Assembly (NCBI GenBank): GCA_963728205.1
Contig: CAVSIV010000006.1
Coordinates: forward strand, 1,808,145 to 1,872,144
DNA from: an uncultured Chloroflexia bacterium
GTDB lineage: Bacteria > Chloroflexota > Dehalococcoidia > UBA2979
Direction: 5' to 3'
DNA length: 64,000 bases
Position numbers and translations under genes: made by a program. This document shows positions 1 through 9,359 of this stretch, in pieces (within the stretch, counting starts at the first letter, position 1; every line of letters begins with the position of its first letter). Below the pieces are notes generated by a model, which was not told the origin of the DNA, searched no databases, and was given only the letters and a program-made list of their open reading frames with translations.

Positions 1-518
1 CCGCGGCCGAGGAACCCCACCGGTCCGACCCCACCGCCGAGGCCGAGTCCACCGCCGAGCCCGACGAGCCGACCACTCCCGACGCGTCTGCGCCTCCCGA
101 AGGAACTGACCCGTCCGCTGCGCCCCAGGAGAAGCCGACCCGTCCGTCGTGGGTCAACCCCTCCCCGATGGATGCCGTGCTGCCGCCCACAGCCTGGCGA
201 GCCCCGGTGCCCACCCCCACGGGGGACGCGACGACCCGCCCCGGGGCCGACGCCGAGCCCGAGACGTCCGACGACGAGCACTTCGAGCCACCGGACGTGC
301 GGCTGCCGCCCCAGGAGGACCTGCACTTCTGGGGTGCGGTCCTCGGGCTCGTCGCCGGGCCGCTCATGCTCCTGTACGTCGCCATGGCCCGTCCGTTCCA
401 CAGCACGAGGTGGTTCATCGCCGCGGTCGTCGTCTCCGTGCTCGGGTTCACCCTCCTCGTGCTGCGCCAACCCCGGCACCGGGACCCGACGAGCGGCGAT
501 GACGGAGCACGGCTCTGA
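1..518 (+). CDS. Hypothetical membrane protein (5'-truncated by the window edge)
   Basis: The frame of ORF 168..518 is open back to the window start. An acidic/Pro-rich region is followed by 'HFEPP' and two hydrophobic helices. Confidence 0.75.
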   Translation, partial: AAEEPHRSDPTAEAESTAEPDEPTTPDASAPPEGTDPSAAPQEKPTRPSWVNPSPMDAVLPPTAWRAPVPTPTGDATTRPGADAEPETSDDEHFEPPDVRLPPQEDLHFWGAVLGLVAGPLMLLYVAMARPFHSTRWFIAAVVVSVLGFTLLVLRQPRHRDPTSGDDGARL

Positions 519-534
519 CCCCACCGACGGCGGC

Positions 535-1229
535 TCAGCCGACGGCGAGGTCCACCCACGTGGGCAGGTGGTCGCTCGCTGCGGCGAGCGCGGCTGCCGG
601 CACGAGCACCTCGCGGTGCGGAAGAACCCGCAGGTCGGGCGAGGCGAGCACCACGTCGAGCCGACGACGAGGCGAGCGGGCCGGGTAGGTCGGCCCTCGG
701 GGTGACACCGGCCGCAGCGAACCCCCCGCCAGCAGGGCCGCGAACGCCGGCCCGTTCTCGTCCTCGTTGAGGTCGCCGGCGACGACGAGGCACCTCCCGT
801 CCCGAGACCACACCCTCGAGGATCCGACTCGACGTGGGAGAGACGCTCCTCGGGCCGGAGACCGAGGTGCACCGACACGACCACCACTCGGCGCTCGTCC
901 TGCGTGGCGAGCTCGGCCACGGCATACCCCCTCGTCCGGTCCGGCCACCGCACCGGGAGCCGGTGGTGGTGGACCCGCTCGGCGCGGACCCGCTCCGAGA
1001 CGAGGATGGTCGTGCCCCCGCTCCCGCGGTGCCCACCGGGCCAGGACATCGAGCAGGCCCGCGCGAAGCGCGCCACCCGCACCCCGGACAGGAGCCGTCG
1101 GGGGACCTCCTGGAGGCAGAGCACGTCGGGGTCGATCGCCCGCACGACGCGAGCCGCGAGGTCGTGGTCGTCGAGGAAGTCACGGGTGTTGTACGAGGCG
1201 ACCCGCAGCCGCTGCACGGGGTCGGTCAA
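535..1229 (-). CDS. Endonuclease/exonuclease/phosphatase (EEP) family protein (apparent frameshift)
   Basis: The N-terminus read manually is MTDPVQRLRVASYNTRDF...DPDVLCLQEVP. The C-terminal ORF has VAGDLNE, RLDVVL and ASDHLP, which are EEP motifs. Confidence 0.85.
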
Positions 1230-2201
1230 CCGGACGACGCGTCGGTGCGGGCGAGGTCCGCGGCGCCGACGAGGCCCGCCTCGTTGCCCATCTCGGCGGC
1301 CACGATGCGTGCCTCCGGCCGGTAGCCGCGACCGGTGAGCTGGCGCCTGAACGCCTCGCGCGCCGGGTCGAGGAGGAGGTCACCGGCCGCGCTGACCCCG
1401 CCACCGACGACGAACGTGCCGGGGTCGAAGGCCGCCGCGAGGTCGGCCATGCCGGTGCCGAGCCAGCGGCCGATCTCACCGATCAGCTCGACCGCGAGGG
1501 GGTCTCCTTCCCGTGCGGCCTGGGTGATGAGGGGACCGGTCAGGTCCTCGGGTCGACCCTGGACGCGGTCGAAGAGGTCCGACACCACGGGACTGCCGTT
1601 CATCATCAGGGTCCTGGCCTCACGCACCAGGGCGTTGCCCGACGCGTACTGCTCCCAGCAGCCGCGGTTGCCGCACTCGCAGCGACTGCCGTCGGGGACC
1701 ACCCGCATGTGACCGAACTCCCCCGCGATCCCGAACCTCCCCCGGATGACGTTGCCGTTGATGACGATGCCACCCCCGATGCCCGTGCCGAGGTTGACGA
1801 GCATGAGGTGGCTCTCGCCGCGGCCGGCCCCGTAGCGGTACTCGGCCCACACCGCCGCGTGGGCGTCGTTGTCGATGAACACGGGGAGGTCGACCCGTCG
1901 ACCGAGGGCGTCCCGCAGCGGTTCGTTGCGCCAGGACAGGTGCGGGGCGAAGACGACCGTGGCGTGGTCGGCGGCCACGAAGCCGGCGGCCCCGATGCCC
2001 ACCGCACCGACGTCGGGGACGGCCTCCCGGAGCTCCTCGATCACCGAGACGATGGTGTCCTCGACGACTCGAGGGCTCTTGGACCGGTCCGGGGTGTCCC
2101 GCCGGGTGCGCAGCGAGGACGTGACCGGACTGGTCGACGACACCACCTGCCACCTTCGTCCCACCGATGTCGATCCCGATGGACAGCACGGACTCAGCCA
2201 T
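1226..2201 (-). CDS. glkA: ROK family glucokinase (frameshift near 2130)
   Basis: IGIDIGGTK, DNDAHAA, LGTGIGGG, GEFGH and CECGNRGCWEQYASG motifs, split over two frames. Confidence 0.92.
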
Positions 2202-2669
2202 GTGGAGCCTCCTCGGACACCTCGATGTCGACGACCGGGACCGGTCGTGCTGCCGGCGGGGACGCAGGCCTGTTCCGCGGCGGCGGCCGGCCGGACCCGT
2301 CGCCCCGCTCGGGGTGGTCCTGCGGAGCCGCGTGCTCGCGACCGGCAGCGAGGTCCGCCAGGACGCTGGCCGCGACCGCGGCCAGGTCGGCCAACCGAGC
2401 CAGCGTCTCCGGGCTCAGGGACCGGACCACCGCCGCGGAGCGGCACAGCGGACACCACTGGCAGAACGGGTCGTGATCGCCGCCCGGCGCCGGCGCCGGC
2501 GCTGGCCTCGTCCGGGCTGCGCACGCCCGTGCGGCTCCCGCTCGGCCCCCGCGGGTGCAGCGTCCTCGGGTGGCACCGCCTCGCGTGCCGCGCGCCTCAG
2601 GCTCTCCAACAGCCGGGCAGCCTCGTCGGCGACGGAGCCCACCTGCTCGTCCCACTGGTCAGCGTCCAC
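2194..2669 (-). CDS. Conserved hypothetical protein (DUF5304-like, CxxCPxC; frameshift)
   Basis: 'VGSVADEAARLLESL' N-terminus and 'CQWCPLC'. It overlaps the ArsA stop and the glk start, its usual position. Confidence 0.65.
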
Positions 2670-3885
2670 TGGCCCACAGCTCCTCGTCGCGCTCGAAGCG
2701 CACCCGCAGCTCGCCCCGACCGACCGCGGCATCGACGACGGTGCACCGGCGCAGGACCGAGGGCAGCGTGACGACCCGCCGTTGTCCGCCCACCTCGAGC
2801 ACGAGGTCGTCCTCCCGTCGGGACACGGCCACCTCTCCGGCCGACACGAGCGGGAGAGGCAGGGTCAGCACGAAGCGCTCGCCCTCGGCGGCGACGTCCA
2901 TACGAGGCACGTCGACGTCGGACACGAGGTCTGCCGGCACCGCCCCGGGCGCGGCGAGCGTGGCCTCCGCGAGGTCGGCCAGCGCGTCAGGGCCGATGGG
3001 TTCGCCGGCGAGGTAGGGAACCCTCATGAGCGGGATGCCGTGGAAGGACTCCTGGACCATGGCGACGCCGCTCTCCTGCGCGGCAGCCCAGGCGGAGCGC
3101 CACCCGTCGCTGTCGCCCTCGCTCACCGGTGGGATCAGCCGGTTGACGACCACGGCATCCACGGCGTACCCGTGGAGGGAGAGCGAGGTGAGCACCCGCC
3201 GGCTCTCGGCGATCACGACGCGTTCGGGAGTGAGGACGATCCGCACGCTGGCGCGCGGCGAGGTGAGCAGCGAGCGGATCTCGACCATGAGGTCGCGCCA
3301 GGCCCGCAGCACGAGCACCACCTCGGGGCCGGGAGCGGGGACGCCGGTGGCCGCGGAGGCAGCCGGCCGGAGCACCGTGAGGAGCTTGCGCTGGGCCGGG
3401 AGCAGGCGGTCGAGGTGCCACCCGAGCACCTCCGGAAGGGCGAGCAGCCGAAGGGTCTCGGCCGTGGGGGCGCAGTCGACGACGACGAGGTCCCAGCGGT
3501 CCTGCTCCGCCTGGTGGGCCAGCACTGCCAGTGCGGTGACCTCCTCGGCACCCGGGAGGGAGGTCAGCTCGTCGGCCACGACGGCATCGACGCCCATCGC
3601 GTCCAGGACGCGCAGCAGGTAGTCCCGCACGACCTGCCAGTCCGCCGCCACCGAGGTGTGGGCACCCACGGCGAGGGCGTGCAGTCCCGGCTCCACCTCA
3701 TGGGTGTCCTGCCAGGTGCGTGCCTCTCGCAGGTCGACGTCGAGAGCGTCCCCCAGGCTGTGGGCGGCGTCGGTGGACATCACGAGGGTCCGCAGGCCCG
3801 AGCGTGCGGCCCGAACCGCCGTGGCGGCGGCGGTGGTGGTCTTGCCGACTCCGCCCTTGCCCGTGACGAGGACGATCCGTGGCAT
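2659..3885 (-). CDS. ArsA/Get3-family ATPase with C-terminal HSP20-like domain
   Basis: GKGGVGKTT, STDAAHSL, LPGAEE and DCAPTAETLRLL motifs, then a beta-rich C-terminal ~75 aa. Confidence 0.92.
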   Translation of the reverse strand: MPRIVLVTGKGGVGKTTTAAATAVRAARSGLRTLVMSTDAAHSLGDALDVDLREARTWQDTHEVEPGLHALAVGAHTSVAADWQVVRDYLLRVLDAMGVDAVVADELTSLPGAEEVTALAVLAHQAEQDRWDLVVVDCAPTAETLRLLALPEVLGWHLDRLLPAQRKLLTVLRPAASAATGVPAPGPEVVLVLRAWRDLMVEIRSLLTSPRASVRIVLTPERVVIAESRRVLTSLSLHGYAVDAVVVNRLIPPVSEGDSDGWRSAWAAAQESGVAMVQESFHGIPLMRVPYLAGEPIGPDALADLAEATLAAPGAVPADLVSDVDVPRMDVAAEGERFVLTLPLPLVSAGEVAVSRREDDLVLEVGGQRRVVTLPSVLRRCTVVDAAVGRGELRVRFERDEELWASGR

Positions 3886-3892
3886 GAGCCGC

Positions 3893-4336
3893 TCAGCCCT
3901 CGACGCGCTTCTTGAGCTCGGAGAGCGCGGTGTTGATGATGTGCTTCTCGGCCTTGCGCTTGAGCATCCCGATCATCGGCATGGTGAGGTCGACCTCGAG
4001 GTCGTAGGTGACCAGGGTCCCGGCGCCGCTCGGTGCGAGGGTGTAGCTGCCGGTGAGGCCCTTGAGCAGGTGGGCGCGCACGAGCCGCCACGACACCACC
4101 CCGCTGCCGTCGTCGGCGACGTCCCACTCGTACTCCAGGACGTAGTCATCGCGGATCGCCCCGGCGTCCAGGACGAACTCCACGTGGTCGGCCCACCCGT
4201 CGCCGTCGCTGCTGAGCACGGTGCACTTCTTGACCTGCTCGGCCCACTCGGGGTAGCGCTCGAAGTCGGCGATGACGTCGAGGATGTCCCCCGGCGAGGC
4301 GGTGATCTCCATCGTGGACTGGGTGCGGTCGGCCAT
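3893..4336 (-). CDS. SRPBCC/START (polyketide cyclase) family protein
   Basis: 'VIADFERYPEW' and C-terminal 'INTALSELKKRVE'. A TAACCT -10 lies just upstream of the ATG. Confidence 0.88.
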   Translation of the reverse strand: MADRTQSTMEITASPGDILDVIADFERYPEWAEQVKKCTVLSSDGDGWADHVEFVLDAGAIRDDYVLEYEWDVADDGSGVVSWRLVRAHLLKGLTGSYTLAPSGAGTLVTYDLEVDLTMPMIGMLKRKAEKHIINTALSELKKRVEG

Positions 4337-4387
4337 GGCAGGGAGGTTACCCGCTCGCGGGGGTCCTAAGGTTGTGGGTCAGACCAC

Positions 4388-6202
4388 GTGCGTCGACCGA
4401 AGGAGCTCACCGTGATCGAGAAGTCAACCCCCCTCGTGCTGCCAGCGACCGACGAAGGAAGCCTCGCAGACGTCCCCGGTCGCTGGGCGAGCACCGAGCC
4501 CGGACGAGTGACGTTCTCGGTGCGCTCCGGCGGAGGCTGGACCGATGTGACCGCGGCCACCTTCGCCGCCGACGTGGCTGCCCTGGCCAAGGGGTTCATC
4601 GCCGCTGGCGTGGCACAGGGGCAGGCCGTGGCCATCATGAGCCGCACGCGCTACGAGTGGACCGTCGCGGACTTCGCCCTGTGGTCGGTGGGGGCGGTGC
4701 CGGTGCCGATCTACGAGACCTCCTCGCCCGACCAGGTCCAGTGGATCCTGCGCGACTCGGATGCGGTGGGCGTGCTCGTCGAGACCGCGAACCACCGGGC
4801 GTCCGTGGAGCAGGGGCGGGGCGAGCTCCCGGAGCTGGCCCACGTGTGGGTCATCGACCAGGGCGACATCGACACCCTCAGTCTCGACGGCAACGACGTC
4901 GAGGACGCGGAGCTGGCGGCGCGACGGGCAGCCCTGAGCCGCAACGACCTCGCGACGATCATCTACACCTCCGGAACGACCGGTCGTCCCAAGGGCGTCG
5001 AGCTGACCCACGGCAACTTCCTCACCCTCTCGGAGAACACCGCGCAGAAGCTCGCCGACGTGGTCGCGAGCCCCGGTGCCTCGACCCTGCTCTTCCTGCC
5101 CGTCGCGCACGTGTTCGCGCGGTTCATCGAGGTCCTCGCTGTCACCGCCGGAGTCCGGATGGGGCACTCCTCCGACCTCAAGACGTTGATGGAGGACTTC
5201 GCGGCGTTCCAGCCCACCTTCATCCTCGCGGTCCCGCGCGTCTTCGAGAAGATCTTCAACTCGGCGGAGGCCAAGGCCCACGCAGGCGGCAAGGCCAAGA
5301 TCTTCGACGGCGCCGCGGCGGCGGCCATCGCGTGGTCGGAGGCCCTGGACAGCGGCACGGTGCCCTTCGGTCTGCGGGTGCGGCACGCGGTCTTCGACAA
5401 GCTGGTCTACGCGAAGCTCCGTGAGGCCATGGGCGGCAAGGTGGAGTACGCCGTGTCCGGTGGCGCACCGCTCGGCACCCGCCTGGGGCACTTCTTCCGC
5501 GGGATCGGCGTGACGATCCTCGAGGGCTACGGGCTCACCGAGACGACGGCCCCCGCCACGGTCAACCAGCCGGATGCCCTGCGGATCGGCTCCGTCGGCC
5601 AGCCACTTCCCGGGGTCGACATCCGGATCGCCGACGACGGCGAGATCTGCATCCGTGGGATCAACGTCTTCCACGCCTACCACAGCAACGAGACCGCGAC
5701 CGCGGAGGCCATCCGCGACGGCTGGTTCCACACCGGTGACATCGGGGAGCTCGACGACGACGGCTTCCTGCGGATCACCGGGCGCAAGAAGGAGATCCTC
5801 GTCACCGCGGGTGGGAAGAACGTCGCTCCGGCCGTGCTCGAGGACAGGCTGCGGGCCCACCCCCTGGTGTCCCAGTGCATCGTCGTCGGCGATGGCCAGC
5901 CGTTCATCGCGGCCCTGGTCACCCTCGATGCCGACATGTACCCGGGGTGGGCGGCCAACCACGGCCTCGAGGCGGTGCCCTTCGCGGCGGCCCGCACCAA
6001 CGAGCAGATCCTCGCGGAGATCCAGCTCGCCGTCGACGACGCCAACACCGCGGTCTCCAGGGCCGAGTCGATCCGCAAGTTCGCGATCCTCGATGCCGAC
6101 TTCACCGAGGAGTCCGGCCACCTCACCCCGTCGCTCAAGCTCAAGCGCAACGTCGTGATGCGCGACTTCGAGGACGAGGTCGCGGCCCTCTACGGTGGCT
6201 GA
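4388..6202 (+). CDS. fadD: Long-chain fatty acid-CoA ligase (FadD15-like)
   Basis: YTSGTTGRPKG, EGYGLTET, WFHTGDIG and ITGRKKE AMP-binding motifs. Confidence 0.93.
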   Translation: MRRPKELTVIEKSTPLVLPATDEGSLADVPGRWASTEPGRVTFSVRSGGGWTDVTAATFAADVAALAKGFIAAGVAQGQAVAIMSRTRYEWTVADFALWSVGAVPVPIYETSSPDQVQWILRDSDAVGVLVETANHRASVEQGRGELPELAHVWVIDQGDIDTLSLDGNDVEDAELAARRAALSRNDLATIIYTSGTTGRPKGVELTHGNFLTLSENTAQKLADVVASPGASTLLFLPVAHVFARFIEVLAVTAGVRMGHSSDLKTLMEDFAAFQPTFILAVPRVFEKIFNSAEAKAHAGGKAKIFDGAAAAAIAWSEALDSGTVPFGLRVRHAVFDKLVYAKLREAMGGKVEYAVSGGAPLGTRLGHFFRGIGVTILEGYGLTETTAPATVNQPDALRIGSVGQPLPGVDIRIADDGEICIRGINVFHAYHSNETATAEAIRDGWFHTGDIGELDDDGFLRITGRKKEILVTAGGKNVAPAVLEDRLRAHPLVSQCIVVGDGQPFIAALVTLDADMYPGWAANHGLEAVPFAAARTNEQILAEIQLAVDDANTAVSRAESIRKFAILDADFTEESGHLTPSLKLKRNVVMRDFEDEVAALYGG

Positions 6203-7556
6203 CCCGGCTCCTTCCGCGGGTCACCTCTCTGCGGTCCGAGTCCTGCCGTGGGTGCTCGGCACGGCCTGGCTGGCATGGTTCGGCGTCCTCCAGTGGAGCG
6301 TCGTGCGGTTTCGGGTCCCCATCGTGGTGACCCTCACGCTGTGCACCGTGCTGCTCGCCTGGTGGCTCGTGCGACGGGTGGAGGTGCCGCTGCCTCGCCG
6401 GCTGGCGCCGCTCGTGCTGCTGGGGTCGATCGCGGTCGGCGTCACGGTGCCCCTGTTCACCTACCTTCGGGGCGGCTGGGTGACCCTCGCCCTGGCACTC
6501 ATCACCGTCGGCGGCCTGGTCTGCGCCGCCCTCCTCCTGAACCCGCACCCGTGGGCGGCGCGAGCCGCGTTCGGGGTCGCGGTCCTGACCCACGTCTCCC
6601 TCTCCGTCGTGGCGATCATCGGTGACCCCGCCCCGAGGATCGACGTCTGGGTCGTCCTCCAGCAGGGCTCCGACGCCCTCGGCCGGGGCGAGAACCTCTA
6701 CACCCAGCAATGGACCGACTCCCCCGGTGTCCAGGACTTCTTCCCCTACCTCCCCTGGATGGCTGTGCTCGTCGCTCCGGCCCGGTGGCTGGCCGGCGAC
6801 GTCCGGTGGGCCCTCCTGCTGTGGTCGGTCATCCTGTACGTCGGGCTCTGGGCCCTCGCGCGCGGAAGGGTCGAGCGGGCCGCCGCGGTCACCGCCGTCC
6901 TCGTGCTCGCGCCGGGCAGCCTGACCCAGATCGACCAGTCGTGGACCGAGCCGGTGCTGGCGGCCGCGCTCGTCTGGTGGGCCGTGCTGGTCCGGCGTGG
7001 TCACGCGTGGTGGGCGGTCGTCCCCCTCGCCCTGGCGTGCGCGAGCAAGCAACACCTCGCGCTGCTCGCCCCGGTGCTGCTCGCCTGGCGACCGTTCGGG
7101 GTGGCCCGCACGCTGGTCACCGGCGGGGTCACCGCCCTGCTCCTGCTCCCCTGGGTGCTCGCCGACCCGGGCGCCTTCGTCGGCGACACGGTGACCACGC
7201 TGCTGGAGTTCCATCCGATCCGGTTCGCGAACACGTGGTACCTGTACTTCCTCAACGAGTGGGGCGTCACCCTGCCGTTCGCCGTCACCGCGACGGTCAT
7301 GGTGGGGGTCGTCGCGGTGGCGACATATGCCGTGTGGCGACGCCAACCACCGCTCGCCGAGGTGCTGCGCTGGCTCGCGCTGGTGCTCGCAGTGGCGAAC
7401 CTCGTCAACAAGCAGGCGTTCTACAACCAGTACTGGTTGGTCGGGGCTCTCGTCGCGGCGTCCCTCGCGCTGCCCCGCGAACCGGACCGGGGGCCGGACC
7501 GGGGGCTAGGCCTCAGGAGGCAAGAGAGCGCAGGTGCTCCCGCCACTCCCCGGTGA
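6195..7556 (+). CDS. Polytopic membrane glycosyltransferase (GT-C/GT87-like)
   Basis: About 11 hydrophobic segments with 'IDV..QQG', 'G.NLY', 'FPYLP', 'D.RW', 'SKQ' and 'FYNQY' motifs. Confidence 0.65.
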   Translation: MADPAPSAGHLSAVRVLPWVLGTAWLAWFGVLQWSVVRFRVPIVVTLTLCTVLLAWWLVRRVEVPLPRRLAPLVLLGSIAVGVTVPLFTYLRGGWVTLALALITVGGLVCAALLLNPHPWAARAAFGVAVLTHVSLSVVAIIGDPAPRIDVWVVLQQGSDALGRGENLYTQQWTDSPGVQDFFPYLPWMAVLVAPARWLAGDVRWALLLWSVILYVGLWALARGRVERAAAVTAVLVLAPGSLTQIDQSWTEPVLAAALVWWAVLVRRGHAWWAVVPLALACASKQHLALLAPVLLAWRPFGVARTLVTGGVTALLLLPWVLADPGAFVGDTVTTLLEFHPIRFANTWYLYFLNEWGVTLPFAVTATVMVGVVAVATYAVWRRQPPLAEVLRWLALVLAVANLVNKQAFYNQYWLVGALVAASLALPREPDRGPDRGLGLRRQESAGAPATPR

Positions 7557-8809
7557 GGTTCTCGCGCGTGGTGCCCAGCACGTCGCGCAGCGCCCGGTCC
7601 GTGGCGGCGCGCACCTCGGCGTCTGACCCGGTGCTCGAGGCGGCCACGACGAAGCGGCGCAGCGCGGCCTCGCCGTTGCGGGCGGCGATGAGCTCGACCG
7701 CCTGCCACGAGGCGAGATAGGCCACCTCGATGTCGCCGTTGGCAGGGTCGACCTCCTCGCGCCCCGGCAGCCGGGTCGGCGCCGATCCGGCGCGCACCGC
7801 GGCCGCGAGCGGAGCGGTGAGCCGGGAGACCGGCAGTCCGGCGTACCGGTAGCCGACGTGGTCCGCGTAGCCCTCCGTCACCCAGGGCTCCGCACGGCCG
7901 GGGACGGTGGACCGGACGGCGACGTGGGTGAGCTCGTGCGCGAGGACGACCTGCCGTCCGGCCGGCGTCAGCCTGGCGAACGCTCCCGGGTCGAGGATCA
8001 CGCGGTCGCCCGTGGCGGTGCCTTCGGCGCCCACCGGGCCCTCGGTCGTGGCCGCCACCGCCGCTTCCGGCGAGGTGCGCCCCAGGACGCGGTCCGCCTC
8101 GGCCTGCGTGGCCGGCGCCAGGACGAGCACGCGATCGGGCACCGTCCACGTCGTCGCGAGGTCTGCACGGGCGCGCTCCACGGCCGCGGCATGCTCGGCG
8201 AGGACGTCGGCGTCGACCGTTCCGACGACGACGGCGTGCGGGCTGCGCTCGACGACCGCGCCCGGAAGGGCGAGCCACGGCGCCGTCGACCCCGGGCCCG
8301 GCGGGACTCTCGGAGGCGACGAGCCACCCATCGCCCGAGCGCACCAGGGCGGAGGTGGTCGTGGCCGTACGGTCCCCGGTGTCGACGCCGACCACCCGGT
8401 AGTGCAGCACCGTCTCGACGGTGACGTCCTCGGCCGGAGGCGACACGTCGGCGGGGGCCGTAAGCACCCGGAACTCGGTGTGGCGGACCCGGTCGAGGCC
8501 GAGGTCGACGGCCGTGTCGAACGCCGCGAGCTGTCGCCGCCCTTCGGGTGATGGCGGGCCGGCGACGGTTGCGGCATAGGCCTGCCTGTCCCCCGTCGTC
8601 AGGGCGATCTCGCGCGCGGTGAGCACGGCGTCGATGGCGGCGCGGTCGCCGGCGACGAGGCCGGACTGCCCAGCGGGCGGGGCGGCGTTGAGTGACGAGC
8701 CTCCCGTGGGCGTGGCTGCCCCCTGGGTGCCGCCGCCCCGCTCCTGCCCGGCGCACCCGGCCAGCAGACCCGACACCCCGAGAATCACGACGGCGAACAC
8801 CGCTCCCAT
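7513..8809 (-). CDS. Lipoprotein with zincin HExxH (peptidase MA-like) domain (frameshift ~8300)
   Basis: Lipobox LLAG-C at the N-terminus. 'LAHELTHVA' and 'WVTEGYAD' in the C-terminal frame. Confidence 0.75.
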
Positions 8810-8914
8810 TCGCGCAGCCCGGGGGGCCGTGGTGGGCGCGCGCCCGAGCCGTGAACGGTCGATGGGCGGGAGCGGTGGGCACACCCCATCGTAGGAAGGC
8901 CCGGCAGGGCGCCG

Positions 8915-9211
8915 TCACCCCACGGCCCGACCACCGTCCGGGCTCTGCGACGGAGTCGGCGTGGCCGCACCCCACACCCGGTGCCCCGGGTCGAGCCTGG
9001 CCCTCAGCCGCGACGCGGAGTCGGCATCGACCAGGCCCGCCCCCACCAGCCTGGTCACCGCCGCGCGCTCCTCGGCGTCGAGGCCGTGGTCGGGCGGCGG
9101 GGCATGCGCCGTGAGCTCGAGCAGCACCGGCACCATGCAGTCGCCGCAGTGCAGCTCGCGCACCGGGCAGGTGCGGCACTCGACCGTCAGTGCGAGGTCG
9201 TTGGTCGTCAT
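8915..9211 (-). CDS. Small Cys-rich hypothetical protein (CxxC...CxDC)
   Basis: MTTNDLALTVECRTCPVRELHCGDCMV; AAGGGAG RBS upstream; 'LDAEERAAV..L..AGLV' motif. Confidence 0.75.
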   Translation of the reverse strand: MTTNDLALTVECRTCPVRELHCGDCMVPVLLELTAHAPPPDHGLDAEERAAVTRLVGAGLVDADSASRLRARLDPGHRVWGAATPTPSQSPDGGRAVG

Positions 9212-9243
9212 GCGTCTCACTCCCTTCCGAGTGGTCTGCGTCC

Positions 9244-9265
9244 ACGCTATGGGCGGGCACCGACA
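9244..9265 (-). promoter_or_regulatory. PafBC-dependent (RecA-NDp) promoter
   Basis: The minus strand reads TGTCGG-tgcccgccca-TAGCGT, i.e. TGTCGG-N10-TAnnnT. Confidence 0.75.
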
Positions 9266-9330
9266 GGGCCGCGGACCGTGTCGGAGCAGCTCCCGGTCTC
9301 CGGCCGCGGCGCCGCGCGCCTCACTCGTGC

Positions 9331-9352
9331 TGTCGGTACCGGCGCCTACCGT
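9331..9352 (+). promoter_or_regulatory. PafBC-dependent (RecA-NDp) promoter, leaderless start
   Basis: TGTCGG-taccggcgcc-TACCGT, 7 nt before the ATG at 9360. Confidence 0.82.
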
Positions 9353-9359
9353 CGGCGAC

